Shown: positions 38,754-48,938, counted from the stretch's first letter. The stretch: 64,000 bases of DNA from Candidatus Brocadiia bacterium (GCA_046538485.1 JBKHIT010000020.1:1-64000); one strand, 5' to 3'. The notes: generated from the sequence alone by a model not told the origin. Translations and numbers: made by a program.

Positions 38754-41700
38754 CTATTCACCCGGTGCGACGATTTCACTCTTCGCAGGCAAAATCCAAC
38801 GGGTCAACGGATCGAAACCGATCGCCGCCTCGTACACCGTCCCGACGGCTTCCTCCATACCTTCCGCATCGTGGGCAATCAGGGTGATGGATTCCTGGCC
38901 GCGCCCTATCCCACCCAGTTGCCAGGCCATCATTCCGCGGCCGCGTCCCGGAATCTCACCGGCTTCAGGTTTGTACGGCAGGTACCCTTCTTTATCGAGA
39001 AAAGCGATCAACGGGTTATTGTCGGGATTACCCAGTAGAATGGCGGGCCCGCGGAGGGCAAAACCGACCAGTTTGATGGGGTTCTTCTGGCCGGGCTTGA
39101 TAGTTCCGCTGCCAGCATAATGCAACCCGCACCACGTTTTGGCCTCTTCTTCGGTCAGTTTTCGGGGTTTATTAACCTCGGATGCGGCAACGATACGGGC
39201 TTCCACACCCCATGGTTCAAGCGTCTTCGCAAGACGCATCGCCGCGCTCGAGATCCCGTCGCCTTCTCCTTTGACAACGGTTATGTCCTTGTGAACACGG
39301 AAGAACCGGTAGATGTGCTCCCGGTCCCGGCCGAAATAGATCGCTCGCCTCTCCATTCCGCACATGGCCCCGCAGCGGTCGGGCGGATTCCAGGCAAACT
39401 CCGCCGTATCCTGCGTCTCAGCCAGGAGATCCGTTACTATCACTTTCCATTTCCCGGCCGGTTCGTTCACACCGAATTGAAGCTGGCTGCTGAAGAGACC
39501 GTTCTCCGTGGCCCGGAAAAGATCGTAGCGGACTTCTCCATTGGGACCGATCACCCGGACCCGGAGCGGTATGGAGCCATTGATCACCTCCCCCTCGTCG
39601 TCGAGGACGGTGGCGGCGACATTGAGGACAGAGGGGTCGCGTCTCCGTGTGTAGTGACTTTCGAGAACCGGGGCGTGCGCTTTCACGCTTCCGATGGGGC
39701 GAGCCGTCCGGGCGAATACACGCATACCACCCGGCTGGAACTCGAATTTCCCCGCTGCCACATTTCCTTTGTGCTTCAAATCCTTCATCTCGCCCCCGTA
39801 CACTGCATCGTAGAAGGGACCGCGGCGAGGCAAGACGATGCGTGCAGTAGTGGCGACCGGATTGTTCTTTCCGCCTTCCTCAAAATCGTACGCGGCATTC
39901 ACGCCAAAATAGTATTCAACGTCGCCGTGGGCCTGGTAACCCGCAACGATCTGATCCTCGCTCGATTCGAAAGCGGGCCTGGTTCCGGCTTCTTCGAGGT
40001 GCGGTTTGAGCGCACGGACGATCCTACGGGCCGACTTGATGAGATTGCCGGTGGTGTTAAGTTTCTCCAGCGCCGCCTTCTTCTTTTTCTTGTCCTTTAT
40101 TTTGAATGCCGCCTCCAGTTCGTCGGCCTTTATGTGACGGGGCACGATGTCCACCTTTTTCGCCCCTTCAATATCGACGGAACAATCGCCCGTCATCACC
40201 ACGCTCCCGCCGTCATCAATAAATCGCTCAAGCGAGGCGTTCACCGCCGGGTCCAGATGGTTGACCGCAGTGAGCACAACCGCCCTGTGGTGCCGGGCCA
40301 GAGTCCCATCCAGTATGTCCTCTTCAACAACCGTCGTCATCGGGGTCTGCATGATCTTGCTGGCCAGATAGACGAGTCCCCGTTTCATACCTTTGTCCTG
40401 AGCGTGAGCATACATGAATTTCATGTCCCGTGCCTGGGTCTCGATATTGTCGGACATGGAATAGAGGAAGGCCAGGGGCTGGCGCGTTTTAGGCATGTGG
40501 TTAAAGACGGGGCCGAGACGGGCCATGGTTTTGTTGGTTTCTTCAACCGCCGGCGCAGCGGGAGGGTTTTTGGCAAGGTTTATGGGCGGCGGCGTCATCA
40601 AACCTTCAATACCGGCGATAAACGAGAAGTATTGTTCCAGGCGAAAACACGCGGGCGTGGTGTTGGCCCACCAGCACGGCAGATACCAGCACGGCCGGTC
40701 CATATCGCGGGCCAGCGACATCTCGAGATAGAACGAAGGGTTGAACGTCAGCATCATATAGCTGTCATATCCCCCGTGCCCGCTCGCGACGGGCAGGCTG
40801 CTGGTCACGTTGAAGTAATATCCGTCTGTGAAAGCGCTCCATCCGTACTGGCTCTGGGTCGCGCTGAGGAAATCGCGGCGGACCCAATCCACACCGAATC
40901 TTGCGTGTTTCCACGCGGCATCCATGAAAGAAAGTTTCCACCGGGCCCACTTTTTCCAGCGTTCGACATCCCGCGGGTCGTCCAGATCGACTTCGTGATA
41001 CGGGATCGGATCGTTTCCCCACGCGCCGCGGTACGCGTTTTTTTGTGGAGGAACGCCATGCGCCGTCATCTCCCCGGTTTCGGGATGTTTATGCCATGTC
41101 AGCCCCGGTTCGTCGTAAAAATGCACACCCATGCAGGTCGGGGCCGTGCGATCCTGCATGGCCCGGTGCGTCACGCGCCGCGTTCCGCCGCGTACGACAT
41201 ACGGGTCCGACCAGTCACATTCCATTCTCAGATCCATCTGGTGTCCGCCGCTCATGGTGCAGACTTTCATGAAATCGACACCTGCCCGAACGCTGTATTC
41301 GGCGCTGGGACGCTGGGCGTAAACCATTGTGAAACCGTAGCCGTCGCGCCCGAGTTTCAGATATTGCTTCCCTTTCACGCCGGACCACGCGATCAACTTG
41401 TAGCTGGAATATCTTTCGTGACTGAAAACATCAATCCCGACCTCAGCCGTCGCACCGTCGACCGACACTGAGACATCATAGTGTCCCGGGCGGAGCAGCC
41501 ATCCGTTGAGGCGTACGTGTTCGGTTGTGCGGGCCTGACCATCGACGGCCGCCACACTCTCAACAGGAAATGTAAAACTTATCTGGCCACTCCCCTCGTC
41601 GCGAAGCCGGACCATCAGTTCACCTTCTGGCAGATTTTCCCTGGAGGTCCGCACGACGGCAAGATCAATCCTTTCATTGGTCTGGTAAGCTTTCCGATTC

Positions 41701-41801
41701 TCGGGAAGGACAATCTGAACTTCTGCGGCCCGTGCCGGAGGCGAGATTATGAGAGCGAAAATGACAAGCAAAAGTCCTGCACCGATTCGTTTCCGGTTCA
41801 T
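38754..41801 (-). CDS. large secreted putative glycoside hydrolase with trimerisation and Ig/MG-like domains
   Basis: 1015 aa; signal peptide ending ARA-A; GVHFYDEPG; LERFIDDGG; VNEPAGKWKVIVTDLL; AAGGAG upstream. Confidence 0.7.
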   Translation of the reverse strand: MNRKRIGAGLLLVIFALIISPPARAAEVQIVLPENRKAYQTNERIDLAVVRTSRENLPEGELMVRLRDEGSGQISFTFPVESVAAVDGQARTTEHVRLNGWLLRPGHYDVSVSVDGATAEVGIDVFSHERYSSYKLIAWSGVKGKQYLKLGRDGYGFTMVYAQRPSAEYSVRAGVDFMKVCTMSGGHQMDLRMECDWSDPYVVRGGTRRVTHRAMQDRTAPTCMGVHFYDEPGLTWHKHPETGEMTAHGVPPQKNAYRGAWGNDPIPYHEVDLDDPRDVERWKKWARWKLSFMDAAWKHARFGVDWVRRDFLSATQSQYGWSAFTDGYYFNVTSSLPVASGHGGYDSYMMLTFNPSFYLEMSLARDMDRPCWYLPCWWANTTPACFRLEQYFSFIAGIEGLMTPPPINLAKNPPAAPAVEETNKTMARLGPVFNHMPKTRQPLAFLYSMSDNIETQARDMKFMYAHAQDKGMKRGLVYLASKIMQTPMTTVVEEDILDGTLARHHRAVVLTAVNHLDPAVNASLERFIDDGGSVVMTGDCSVDIEGAKKVDIVPRHIKADELEAAFKIKDKKKKKAALEKLNTTGNLIKSARRIVRALKPHLEEAGTRPAFESSEDQIVAGYQAHGDVEYYFGVNAAYDFEEGGKNNPVATTARIVLPRRGPFYDAVYGGEMKDLKHKGNVAAGKFEFQPGGMRVFARTARPIGSVKAHAPVLESHYTRRRDPSVLNVAATVLDDEGEVINGSIPLRVRVIGPNGEVRYDLFRATENGLFSSQLQFGVNEPAGKWKVIVTDLLAETQDTAEFAWNPPDRCGAMCGMERRAIYFGRDREHIYRFFRVHKDITVVKGEGDGISSAAMRLAKTLEPWGVEARIVAASEVNKPRKLTEEEAKTWCGLHYAGSGTIKPGQKNPIKLVGFALRGPAILLGNPDNNPLIAFLDKEGYLPYKPEAGEIPGRGRGMMAWQLGGIGRGQESITLIAHDAEGMEEAVGTVYEAAIGFDPLTRWILPAKSEIVAPGE

Positions 41802-41887
41802 CTATTCACTCCTTTGCGTAACAGGTTCTGTCAGCTTTCTTCGGTATATTTCGTTTTGTATTCCGCGGTCCTGCGTCGTGAGAAAGG

Positions 41888-42958
41888 TCAAGATTTCGGC
41901 GGGGCAACAGTGGACCCCCGTGCCACGAGTTCGGGTTTCACATAAATCCCGTCCTCTGCAAATTCTCCCTCCCCGCGATGTGCAGTTCGTAGCCCTTCGG
42001 CCATCGACTCCGCGACGGCTTTTGGATTAAGAGAAACTGACGTCAGGCTGATGCCATGTCCTTCCGCGAGACTAGTATTGTTCATTCCGATCACGGACAC
42101 TTCTTCTGGCACACTTATACCTGCTTTCAGCAACTCATTTACGGCTCCGAGCGCCGCGTCATCGGTCATCGTCCAGTACGCCGTGGCCCCCCGTTCCCGA
42201 ATGAACTCGCTTTCCTTCTGGCCCAGGGAACCGTAGAAAATATGGCATTCCGCTCCGGCGACTTCAGCGAGGTGTCGGAGGGTCAGGGCGCGTCGTTCGG
42301 CACTGGAACCTTCGCCTGGAAACCGTCCGCCGTGGGCGGCAATGCGGCGATGCCCGAGTTCCAGCAGGTGGTCAACCACACAGCGCGACGCGTGAACCGG
42401 ATCACAAAGAACCCGGAAAGCCGGCGGCGCGATGACGTTGGGCTCATATTGGAAAAAGACCCGGGCCGGAAACTTCATGGCGTAGCGCTTGAAGGCAGCC
42501 TTTTCATCGTCGCCATACCCCTCTGGGGCAATACAGACGAGGGCGTCGGGACGTTCGCCGCCGTTCTCCACAGCCTCTTCCAATCGCCTTTCCACCGAGC
42601 GGTTACTGAAACTGGCAGCATAGATATCGACGTCAAAACCCGCCTCGTAGAGGGCGTGGGAGACCGGGAACTGAAAAATCGTGTTGGAATCCGCGTCACG
42701 CGAAAGCAACATCACAACATTCCCGAGATAAGGTTTGCGCAGCACGGTGGTACCTCTCCCGCGCACGCTCTTGAGAAGCCCTTCATCGGCGAGAGTTCTA
42801 ACCGCGCGCCGCACCGCGTGCACACTGCACTCGGCGTCACGGGCTATGGTTTCTGCCGACGGCAAGAGCGAATCAACATCAAAGTCACCTCGCTGGATGC
42901 TGTCGGTAATAAAATCCGTCGCTTGCTCAACCTGCGGTTTAGAAGTCGTCGTATCCAT
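41888..42958 (-). CDS. GntR-HTH / LacI-type sugar-binding transcriptional regulator (AraR-like architecture)
   Basis: LLPSAETIA...SVHAVRRAV..L..EGLL....GRGT (GntR); HLLELGHRRI, GISVPEEVSVIG.NN, LTSV (LacI effector domain). Confidence 0.9.
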   Translation of the reverse strand: MDTTTSKPQVEQATDFITDSIQRGDFDVDSLLPSAETIARDAECSVHAVRRAVRTLADEGLLKSVRGRGTTVLRKPYLGNVVMLLSRDADSNTIFQFPVSHALYEAGFDVDIYAASFSNRSVERRLEEAVENGGERPDALVCIAPEGYGDDEKAAFKRYAMKFPARVFFQYEPNVIAPPAFRVLCDPVHASRCVVDHLLELGHRRIAAHGGRFPGEGSSAERRALTLRHLAEVAGAECHIFYGSLGQKESEFIRERGATAYWTMTDDAALGAVNELLKAGISVPEEVSVIGMNNTSLAEGHGISLTSVSLNPKAVAESMAEGLRTAHRGEGEFAEDGIYVKPELVARGSTVAPPKS

Positions 42959-43304
42959 AAAAACTATCCTTCCCGCTGAATCCCTCTAATATGTCTGCAT
43001 TATACCACATTATATGCATATTGCAAGTTGCTTTTGCAGTTTTTCTGCAAATGTTTCGGGCAGCCGGGGATCCCGGCTGTTTGTGCCCGTCACAATAGCG
43101 GTCTGCCCCTCGAAATTTTTTTTCTTCTCGTCCGCAGGGTTGAACCGTAACATTCGTTGAATGGCATAAAAAGCCCGGCCCCTCTTTTCGGCATGGCCTT
43201 GTGTTTCAGGAGCCATGCAGATAATATATTCGTCTGTTGAATTGCAGGGCAGAAGTCTTTTAGCTGGAAAGAACTTCAACACAAGTTCTTCGCGGTAACG
43301 ACCG

Positions 43305-45245
43305 ATGAGCAAATCGCAAATCAACCCGGATGAAATCTTCGCTGAAGTCGCGAAGGAATGCGGCTATTTGTCGGAAGAGGAACTTCAGGAATGCCGAAAA
43401 ATCCGCGATGAACTCGGGCAGATGGGCCTGACAGTTCGCCCGCTCGCCCAGATCGCCGTTGAACGGAATTTTATTACCGGCGAAGAGCGTAAAGAAATTC
43501 GCCAGGCTATGGTGCAACGGGGCGTCTATCCTCGTCTCGGTGGATACGAACTCATAGCAAAAGCCGGCTCAGGCGGCATGGGAACGGTTTACAAGGCACG
43601 CCAGATGTCCCTCGACCGGACGGTAGCAATCAAAGTTCTGGCTCCCGAAATGGCACGTGATGAATCTTTTGTGAAACGCTTTCAGCGGGAGGCAAAACTC
43701 GCCGGAAAACTCTCTCACCCCAACGCGGTACACGTCTACGACGTGGGCTACGAAAAAGGAAAATATTTCATCGCCATGGAGTTTATCTCGGGTGTGACGC
43801 TCGAAGATGTTGTGGCGAAAGGACCGCTCGAGGAAGAGCGGGCGCTCAAAATCATGCGCCAGGTCGCCAGCGCCCTCCAGGAAGCCCATAATCGCAACAT
43901 CATCCACCGCGATATAAAGCCCGGCAATATAATGCTGACGCGCGACGGTGTTGCTAAGCTCAGCGACCTGGGTCTCGCGAAAGATATCGCCAGCAGCACA
44001 GCCATCTCTCTGACGCAGACCGGTATCGTCTCCGGCACGCCCGATTACATGTCGCCCGAACAATGTCGAGGCGAAAAAGATATCGATCACCGGTCTGATA
44101 TCTATTCCCTCGGAATAACTTTGTTCAGATTTGTCACCGGAGAGGCACCTTTCCAAGCCAGCACACCGATGACAGTCATGACCAAACATCTGGAGGAACC
44201 GATGCCGAATCCCTGCTTAATTCGCGATTCGGTCTCCAGAGGTACGGCCAAACTGATCGATGATATGACCGCAAAGGACCCCGAAAGGCGTATCCAAAGC
44301 TGCGAGGAAATCATCGAACGAATCGATCAAATTCTGCTATCCCCCTCCGGAAGCCCCTCACCTGAGCCGACCCCGACACACAGGTTCTCCAGAAGCTCCT
44401 CCGGGAAAAGATTTAACCTGTGGTTTATCTTCGTACCTGTTTTGGCCGCCCTGATCATCGGAGCTGCCACTCTGGGCATTTTGTTCGGTCCGGATATCTT
44501 CGGGACAGAAACAGAAAATGGTGAGGATCGGTCACCAACCGCATCAAATAGCGGTAATAAGGATCCCGGGGACAAAGAGACGAGCCGTTCGGAAAAAGCC
44601 GCAAACAAAGCCATCCGGCGGGCGCAAGAGCTTGCCGACGAAAAAAAGTACAACGAAGCCATGCATACCCTGATGGCTGCCTGGCAGGAAGATCAGCAAA
44701 ACGAGAAGCTTATCAAAGCCGTGATGCACGCGCGGCAAAAACTCAAACCGCTTTTAATTGCCAGCAATATCAAAAAACCCCTGGAATTCAAAATCCGAGC
44801 CTATATCTCGGGAACAAGAATTCTGTCCTTGCGGGATGGATTTATGCTCTGGCGTACGCAAGAAAAAGTTCCAAAGAATAATAATAAACACGCCGTTTAT
44901 GTAAACAATCAGAAGTGGGCGATCACGTGGCAAAAACACGCGGGCGAGAATTATCACACCTCAAACGTTTTCCTCATGCCAAGGCTCTGCATTCCTCGAA
45001 AAGCAATGCGTGAGCAGGCCGACATTATTGACGAACAATTGCCTTCAGGCGCGCGGGTTGATGTCCGTGAAATCGACGGCAATACAGACATTATATTCGA
45101 CAGCGGCGGTAAAACCGGCCATTTCGAAGTCACAATCCGCGCCAGAGCCCCCCGTCGCATGAAACGCGACGGCCCCGTTCGCCGTCCGCCTGAAAAACGT
45201 GACTTTGAGTGGGAAGGCGACAAAAAAAAAGGGTTTAAATGGTAA
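43305..45245 (+). CDS. membrane-anchored Ser/Thr protein kinase
   Basis: GSGGMGTVY, VAIK, HRDIKPGN, DLG, GTPDYMSPEQ, SDIYSLG; TM helix LWFIFVPVLAALIIGAATLGILF. Confidence 0.95.
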   Translation: MSKSQINPDEIFAEVAKECGYLSEEELQECRKIRDELGQMGLTVRPLAQIAVERNFITGEERKEIRQAMVQRGVYPRLGGYELIAKAGSGGMGTVYKARQMSLDRTVAIKVLAPEMARDESFVKRFQREAKLAGKLSHPNAVHVYDVGYEKGKYFIAMEFISGVTLEDVVAKGPLEEERALKIMRQVASALQEAHNRNIIHRDIKPGNIMLTRDGVAKLSDLGLAKDIASSTAISLTQTGIVSGTPDYMSPEQCRGEKDIDHRSDIYSLGITLFRFVTGEAPFQASTPMTVMTKHLEEPMPNPCLIRDSVSRGTAKLIDDMTAKDPERRIQSCEEIIERIDQILLSPSGSPSPEPTPTHRFSRSSSGKRFNLWFIFVPVLAALIIGAATLGILFGPDIFGTETENGEDRSPTASNSGNKDPGDKETSRSEKAANKAIRRAQELADEKKYNEAMHTLMAAWQEDQQNEKLIKAVMHARQKLKPLLIASNIKKPLEFKIRAYISGTRILSLRDGFMLWRTQEKVPKNNNKHAVYVNNQKWAITWQKHAGENYHTSNVFLMPRLCIPRKAMREQADIIDEQLPSGARVDVREIDGNTDIIFDSGGKTGHFEVTIRARAPRRMKRDGPVRRPPEKRDFEWEGDKKKGFKW

Positions 45246-45254
45246 CTTTGAGTC

Positions 45255-46403
45255 TTATTCCTGATCGCCGCGTTCTCGGTGGGGAACAGGAACGGGAGTC
45301 GGAGGCAGCGGACGCGGATGCGGTGGCTCGGGGCGAATGATCACGAGCGAACGGGGAAACAATCCCGCATGAAGTGCCCTGTCCCCGGAAATAAGGGCTT
45401 TCCCCGTGATCCGCCGTCCCGTCACCGATAGCAATCGCCCATCCCCGGCTCCGGGCTCCCAGCTGAACTCGCCCGTGTAAACCCGTTGCAGAAACTTCTC
45501 GGCCAACGACTTTGAAGGCCGATGCCACCGCTCACCAGAATGATTGCGCCGATACGCAATACAATCCAGGGCGTACGATTCCAGCAGACGGTTCCGATGT
45601 TTCGAAAAGACCTTTGAATTGCAGAAAATATCCGCGCCAAGAACCCGCCCGTATCGCGCTACAACCATACCCACCGCGCTCGGTCGCCAGCAATGACGGG
45701 AAACGTGATCGCGATATTTTTTCAGATCTTTTTTGATCTCGGGAGAATCATGAACGGCCTGGAGATCCCGGGTGCCTGAGTCAACTTCCAGCTGTTTCTG
45801 ATAGCGTTTGACACCTTCCCAAACTTCGCCCTGCGATCGCCCGGCCTGCGCGGCCCCCCGTACCGCCGGGGGAGCAACAGATTGACGCGCCTTAAAGTTG
45901 CCTCTGGCCCGACTCCAGCGTCCTTGTTCGATACAGCGCACGGGCACCTCCACCGGCCCGCTGTGCGGAGGCAACAGAACATCCTGTCCGAGAACGCGAT
46001 TCTGTTTTCCCCCGAGGAGAAGTTCCCCGGATATCATTAAAATTTTACGATCACCCGCATTCTCCACGACCAGCTGCGGAACCGCTCCGTTGCCCTTCTC
46101 ACGCACTTTCAAAAGCCCACGCGTTATGGCTTCCTGAGTCGACAGGTAACTTGTTCTGTCCGTCGGCGACGAAAGCTCAAGCAGATATACCGAAAGACCC
46201 CGGTAGTGATACGGAGCGCGCACATCCACCCGTCGCACAAGTTCAACAAGGGGGTTGGCGGGCCTCGGAGGTATAACGCGTTCCGGCGGGGGTTTTTCCT
46301 TTTCGGTTTCCTCGTAGTCGCTGGTCAAATATGAGGCCCTAGCCATCACGGTCAGCAGAAAGATAACCATAAGGGCCGCCCAGACCTCTCGTTTTGATGT
46401 CAT
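45255..46403 (-). CDS. ARPP-1 (DUF6569)-like protein with signal peptide
   Basis: VPQLVVEN...ILMISGELLLGGKQNR....DVLL...VPVRCIEQGRW, SQGEVW, VGMVVA.....GADIF, LLESYALD; AGGAG RBS. Confidence 0.75.
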   Translation of the reverse strand: MTSKREVWAALMVIFLLTVMARASYLTSDYEETEKEKPPPERVIPPRPANPLVELVRRVDVRAPYHYRGLSVYLLELSSPTDRTSYLSTQEAITRGLLKVREKGNGAVPQLVVENAGDRKILMISGELLLGGKQNRVLGQDVLLPPHSGPVEVPVRCIEQGRWSRARGNFKARQSVAPPAVRGAAQAGRSQGEVWEGVKRYQKQLEVDSGTRDLQAVHDSPEIKKDLKKYRDHVSRHCWRPSAVGMVVARYGRVLGADIFCNSKVFSKHRNRLLESYALDCIAYRRNHSGERWHRPSKSLAEKFLQRVYTGEFSWEPGAGDGRLLSVTGRRITGKALISGDRALHAGLFPRSLVIIRPEPPHPRPLPPTPVPVPHRERGDQE

Positions 46404-46572
46404 TTTTCACTCCTCCTGGCCCGGATTTTACGGATAATTGGAAGCCATTCTTGCCAAATTAGGGTAGAATCTTTATTGAACACCGTTCATAACCCTTCTC
46501 AGCCAAAAATCCGGGCTTAACGGCATGCGCCGTTTTATATAGCCTGCATCTTGCGGATGCAGGTTAGCTCTA

Positions 46573-48846
46573 TCAATCAAAGAACGCGCGGATTTGCTTC
46601 TTAGACAGATCTTCTTTGCCACCCTCTCCGACGATCAGAGCTTTGCCGTCGATCACCACGATCACATACTGTCCGATCGCGAGATATTTTTTGAGTTCAG
46701 GGCGCGCCTCAACTGCGGCGAAATAGGCATCGCTGCCCCATTTCACCTTCAGCTCTTTCATCCCTTCCTTGAAGGTAGAGTCAACGAACACCCCGTGCAT
46801 CCGCACGAAAGTCTTCTCGCCCACCTTCTTGATCTGGGTCCTGACCCCGCCCAAACCGCCTTCGCCGGTGGTTGCTGATTCTTTCCAGCTGCGCATGGCC
46901 TTGCTCATCTGCACGGCTTTTTTCCCATCGCGGTCGGCGCCTTTGCCCCCGACCATTTCGCGCGCCTCATCAAGCGTGTTGTAGGCTTCTTCACGCTCTG
47001 CTTTACGATCGTCACGACGGGCACCTCCCCACCCCGCGTCCGTGGCACTGGCAGACGGGGCAGCCGCTTTCGCCGCTTCCATGCTTCGGCGGCGCACGAT
47101 ACCGTGTCTGACGTATTGTTTCTCGTTCTCGAGCACCAGATAGGACGTATAAGGTGTAGCGATCCCGTATTCCTTGCTCAGACGGACAACCGCGTCTTTC
47201 AATTCTTTGCTCTCGCCGTGGAGACGGATTTGATCCACCAGGTACGCGATTTTCCTCTGAGCCCACAGGTGAGCAATGAAACCATTATCCGTGCTGGTCT
47301 CCGGAAACTCGGCATCGTAGGCAAACTGCTTATCCTCACCTTTCATCACACCGCCCAGTTTCACGGCCACGTCGCCGCTGCCCTCATACCGACCGAACAC
47401 GAGGACCTGACTGCCTCGGAACAGGTCTGGCAGCCGTTGCGGATACATGTCCCGCACTTTAACTTTCCCGAAATCCAGAGTCAGATTTGCCAGAACCGGA
47501 TGGCTCACTTTGCGGAAGAACGCTGATATCTCCGTCTCAATCTCACGCCCGGGAGCAACGTATTCACTGTAACCACGGGTGGCCTCGGTGATCTGGTCGA
47601 GCAAAGGCACATCCAGGTTCTCGGCAATTCCAAAACTGAAAACGCGGACGTTCTTTTCGTTAGCCTCTTTAACCGAGGCAACGATTTTCTCGGGATCCAC
47701 AATGCCGATCGTCGGTTTGCCGTCGGTGATAAGAACAACAATGTAAGGGCGGTTTCCGTCAGGTGCCATCTCCAGAGCCCTGATCACAGCGCCGCAGAGC
47801 TTGGTTCCGCCCCGGGCCTCCATTCCTTTTGTATAGCCGAGCGCTCTTTCAACATTCTGGCGGGTGGCTTTCATTAAACCGTCCGAAAACGTATCAACGC
47901 CTGTGCTGAAAGGAATCAAACTAAAACGATCTTTCTCATTCAGTGATTTCAGGCAAAATTTTACAGCATCCTTTGCACTCTGCATCCGATTCTGCTGAAG
48001 CATGCTTCCGCTGGTATCCACGACAAAACAGACATCCTTGGGCATTACTTCGTCTCCTTTCAGCTCCACCCGCGGGGCCAGCATCAGCGCAAAATAGCCT
48101 TGTTTGCCATCGGGGCGATAGCTCAGGAGATTCAGCCCAAAATCCTTCTTCGCCACAGTAAAATACAACACAAAATCTTCGTCCAATAAGGCATCTTCTT
48201 TCTCAAAACCAACGATCGCCTTATGATCATTTTTACGGGTTATCCCGATGCGGTGACTCGGAGAGTAAATATTCGCCAGCGCATGTTTGCTGTTAATCTC
48301 AACTCCGAAAGTGGAATCTTCCAGCACACGCGAAGCTTTTTCACCTGTTTTCAAAGGAAACGTGTAACGGTAGACACCGTTATCAAATGGCACGGGATTG
48401 GTATACTGAACCTGAATTTTCTGCGTGCTCTCTGGTTGAATGGGGTATACGCGCAGTTTCAGCAGACGCCGTCCCATATATTCCAGAAGTCCTGGATCGC
48501 GCATACGGCGCACAATATTCTGGTAAATGCGCCGGGCCTTACTGGCTTCTACAACTTCCCCACTTTTTCTTTTGCCATTGATGTACATGGCGAAATCCGT
48601 CAACGCCGCATCGGCCGGAACAGGAAAGATATACGTCGCTTCCAACCGCCGTTTGGTGCTGTTCAAAAAAACTTCCGTAAGCTCTGTGGTCGCCACGCCG
48701 TCCTTGACTTCGACACGAACTCGATGCGATTTTATTCCCAGCGGTGGTAAATTCTCCTTTTTCGGGATCATCAAACCCGTCGCAAAAACCGCTCTACACA
48801 CAAAAAATGCGATTACTACGGCTGCAACCGACCGGTTTTTTATCAT
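46573..48846 (-). CDS. secreted VIT + von Willebrand A domain protein
   Basis: Start at ATG 48846 (AGGAG); EATYIFP...A..IY..IV..MRDPGLLE (VIT); DTSGSM, GGT, LITDG (MIDAS); LWAQRKI...TPYTSYLV. Confidence 0.9.
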   Translation of the reverse strand: MIKNRSVAAVVIAFFVCRAVFATGLMIPKKENLPPLGIKSHRVRVEVKDGVATTELTEVFLNSTKRRLEATYIFPVPADAALTDFAMYINGKRKSGEVVEASKARRIYQNIVRRMRDPGLLEYMGRRLLKLRVYPIQPESTQKIQVQYTNPVPFDNGVYRYTFPLKTGEKASRVLEDSTFGVEINSKHALANIYSPSHRIGITRKNDHKAIVGFEKEDALLDEDFVLYFTVAKKDFGLNLLSYRPDGKQGYFALMLAPRVELKGDEVMPKDVCFVVDTSGSMLQQNRMQSAKDAVKFCLKSLNEKDRFSLIPFSTGVDTFSDGLMKATRQNVERALGYTKGMEARGGTKLCGAVIRALEMAPDGNRPYIVVLITDGKPTIGIVDPEKIVASVKEANEKNVRVFSFGIAENLDVPLLDQITEATRGYSEYVAPGREIETEISAFFRKVSHPVLANLTLDFGKVKVRDMYPQRLPDLFRGSQVLVFGRYEGSGDVAVKLGGVMKGEDKQFAYDAEFPETSTDNGFIAHLWAQRKIAYLVDQIRLHGESKELKDAVVRLSKEYGIATPYTSYLVLENEKQYVRHGIVRRRSMEAAKAAAPSASATDAGWGGARRDDRKAEREEAYNTLDEAREMVGGKGADRDGKKAVQMSKAMRSWKESATTGEGGLGGVRTQIKKVGEKTFVRMHGVFVDSTFKEGMKELKVKWGSDAYFAAVEARPELKKYLAIGQYVIVVIDGKALIVGEGGKEDLSKKQIRAFFD

Positions 48847-48909
48847 CTCGCACTCTCCTGCCAGTTCGGGGAATATCTGTCCGGGACTAATCGACAATTT
48901 TACCATTCA

Positions 48910-48938
48910 TTGACATTAGACGTAAGCCCTAAAATAAT
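48910..48938 (+). promoter_or_regulatory. sigma70-like promoter for the ferritin-like gene
   Basis: TTGACA-N17-AATAAT. Confidence 0.5.

Noticed and set aside
39120..41471. 783-aa plus-strand ORF (and similar long antisense ORFs such as 4065-5189, 25182-26357, 30308-31405, 57026-58153)
   Set aside because: Antisense shadows of well-supported genes in GC-rich DNA; no recognisable motifs
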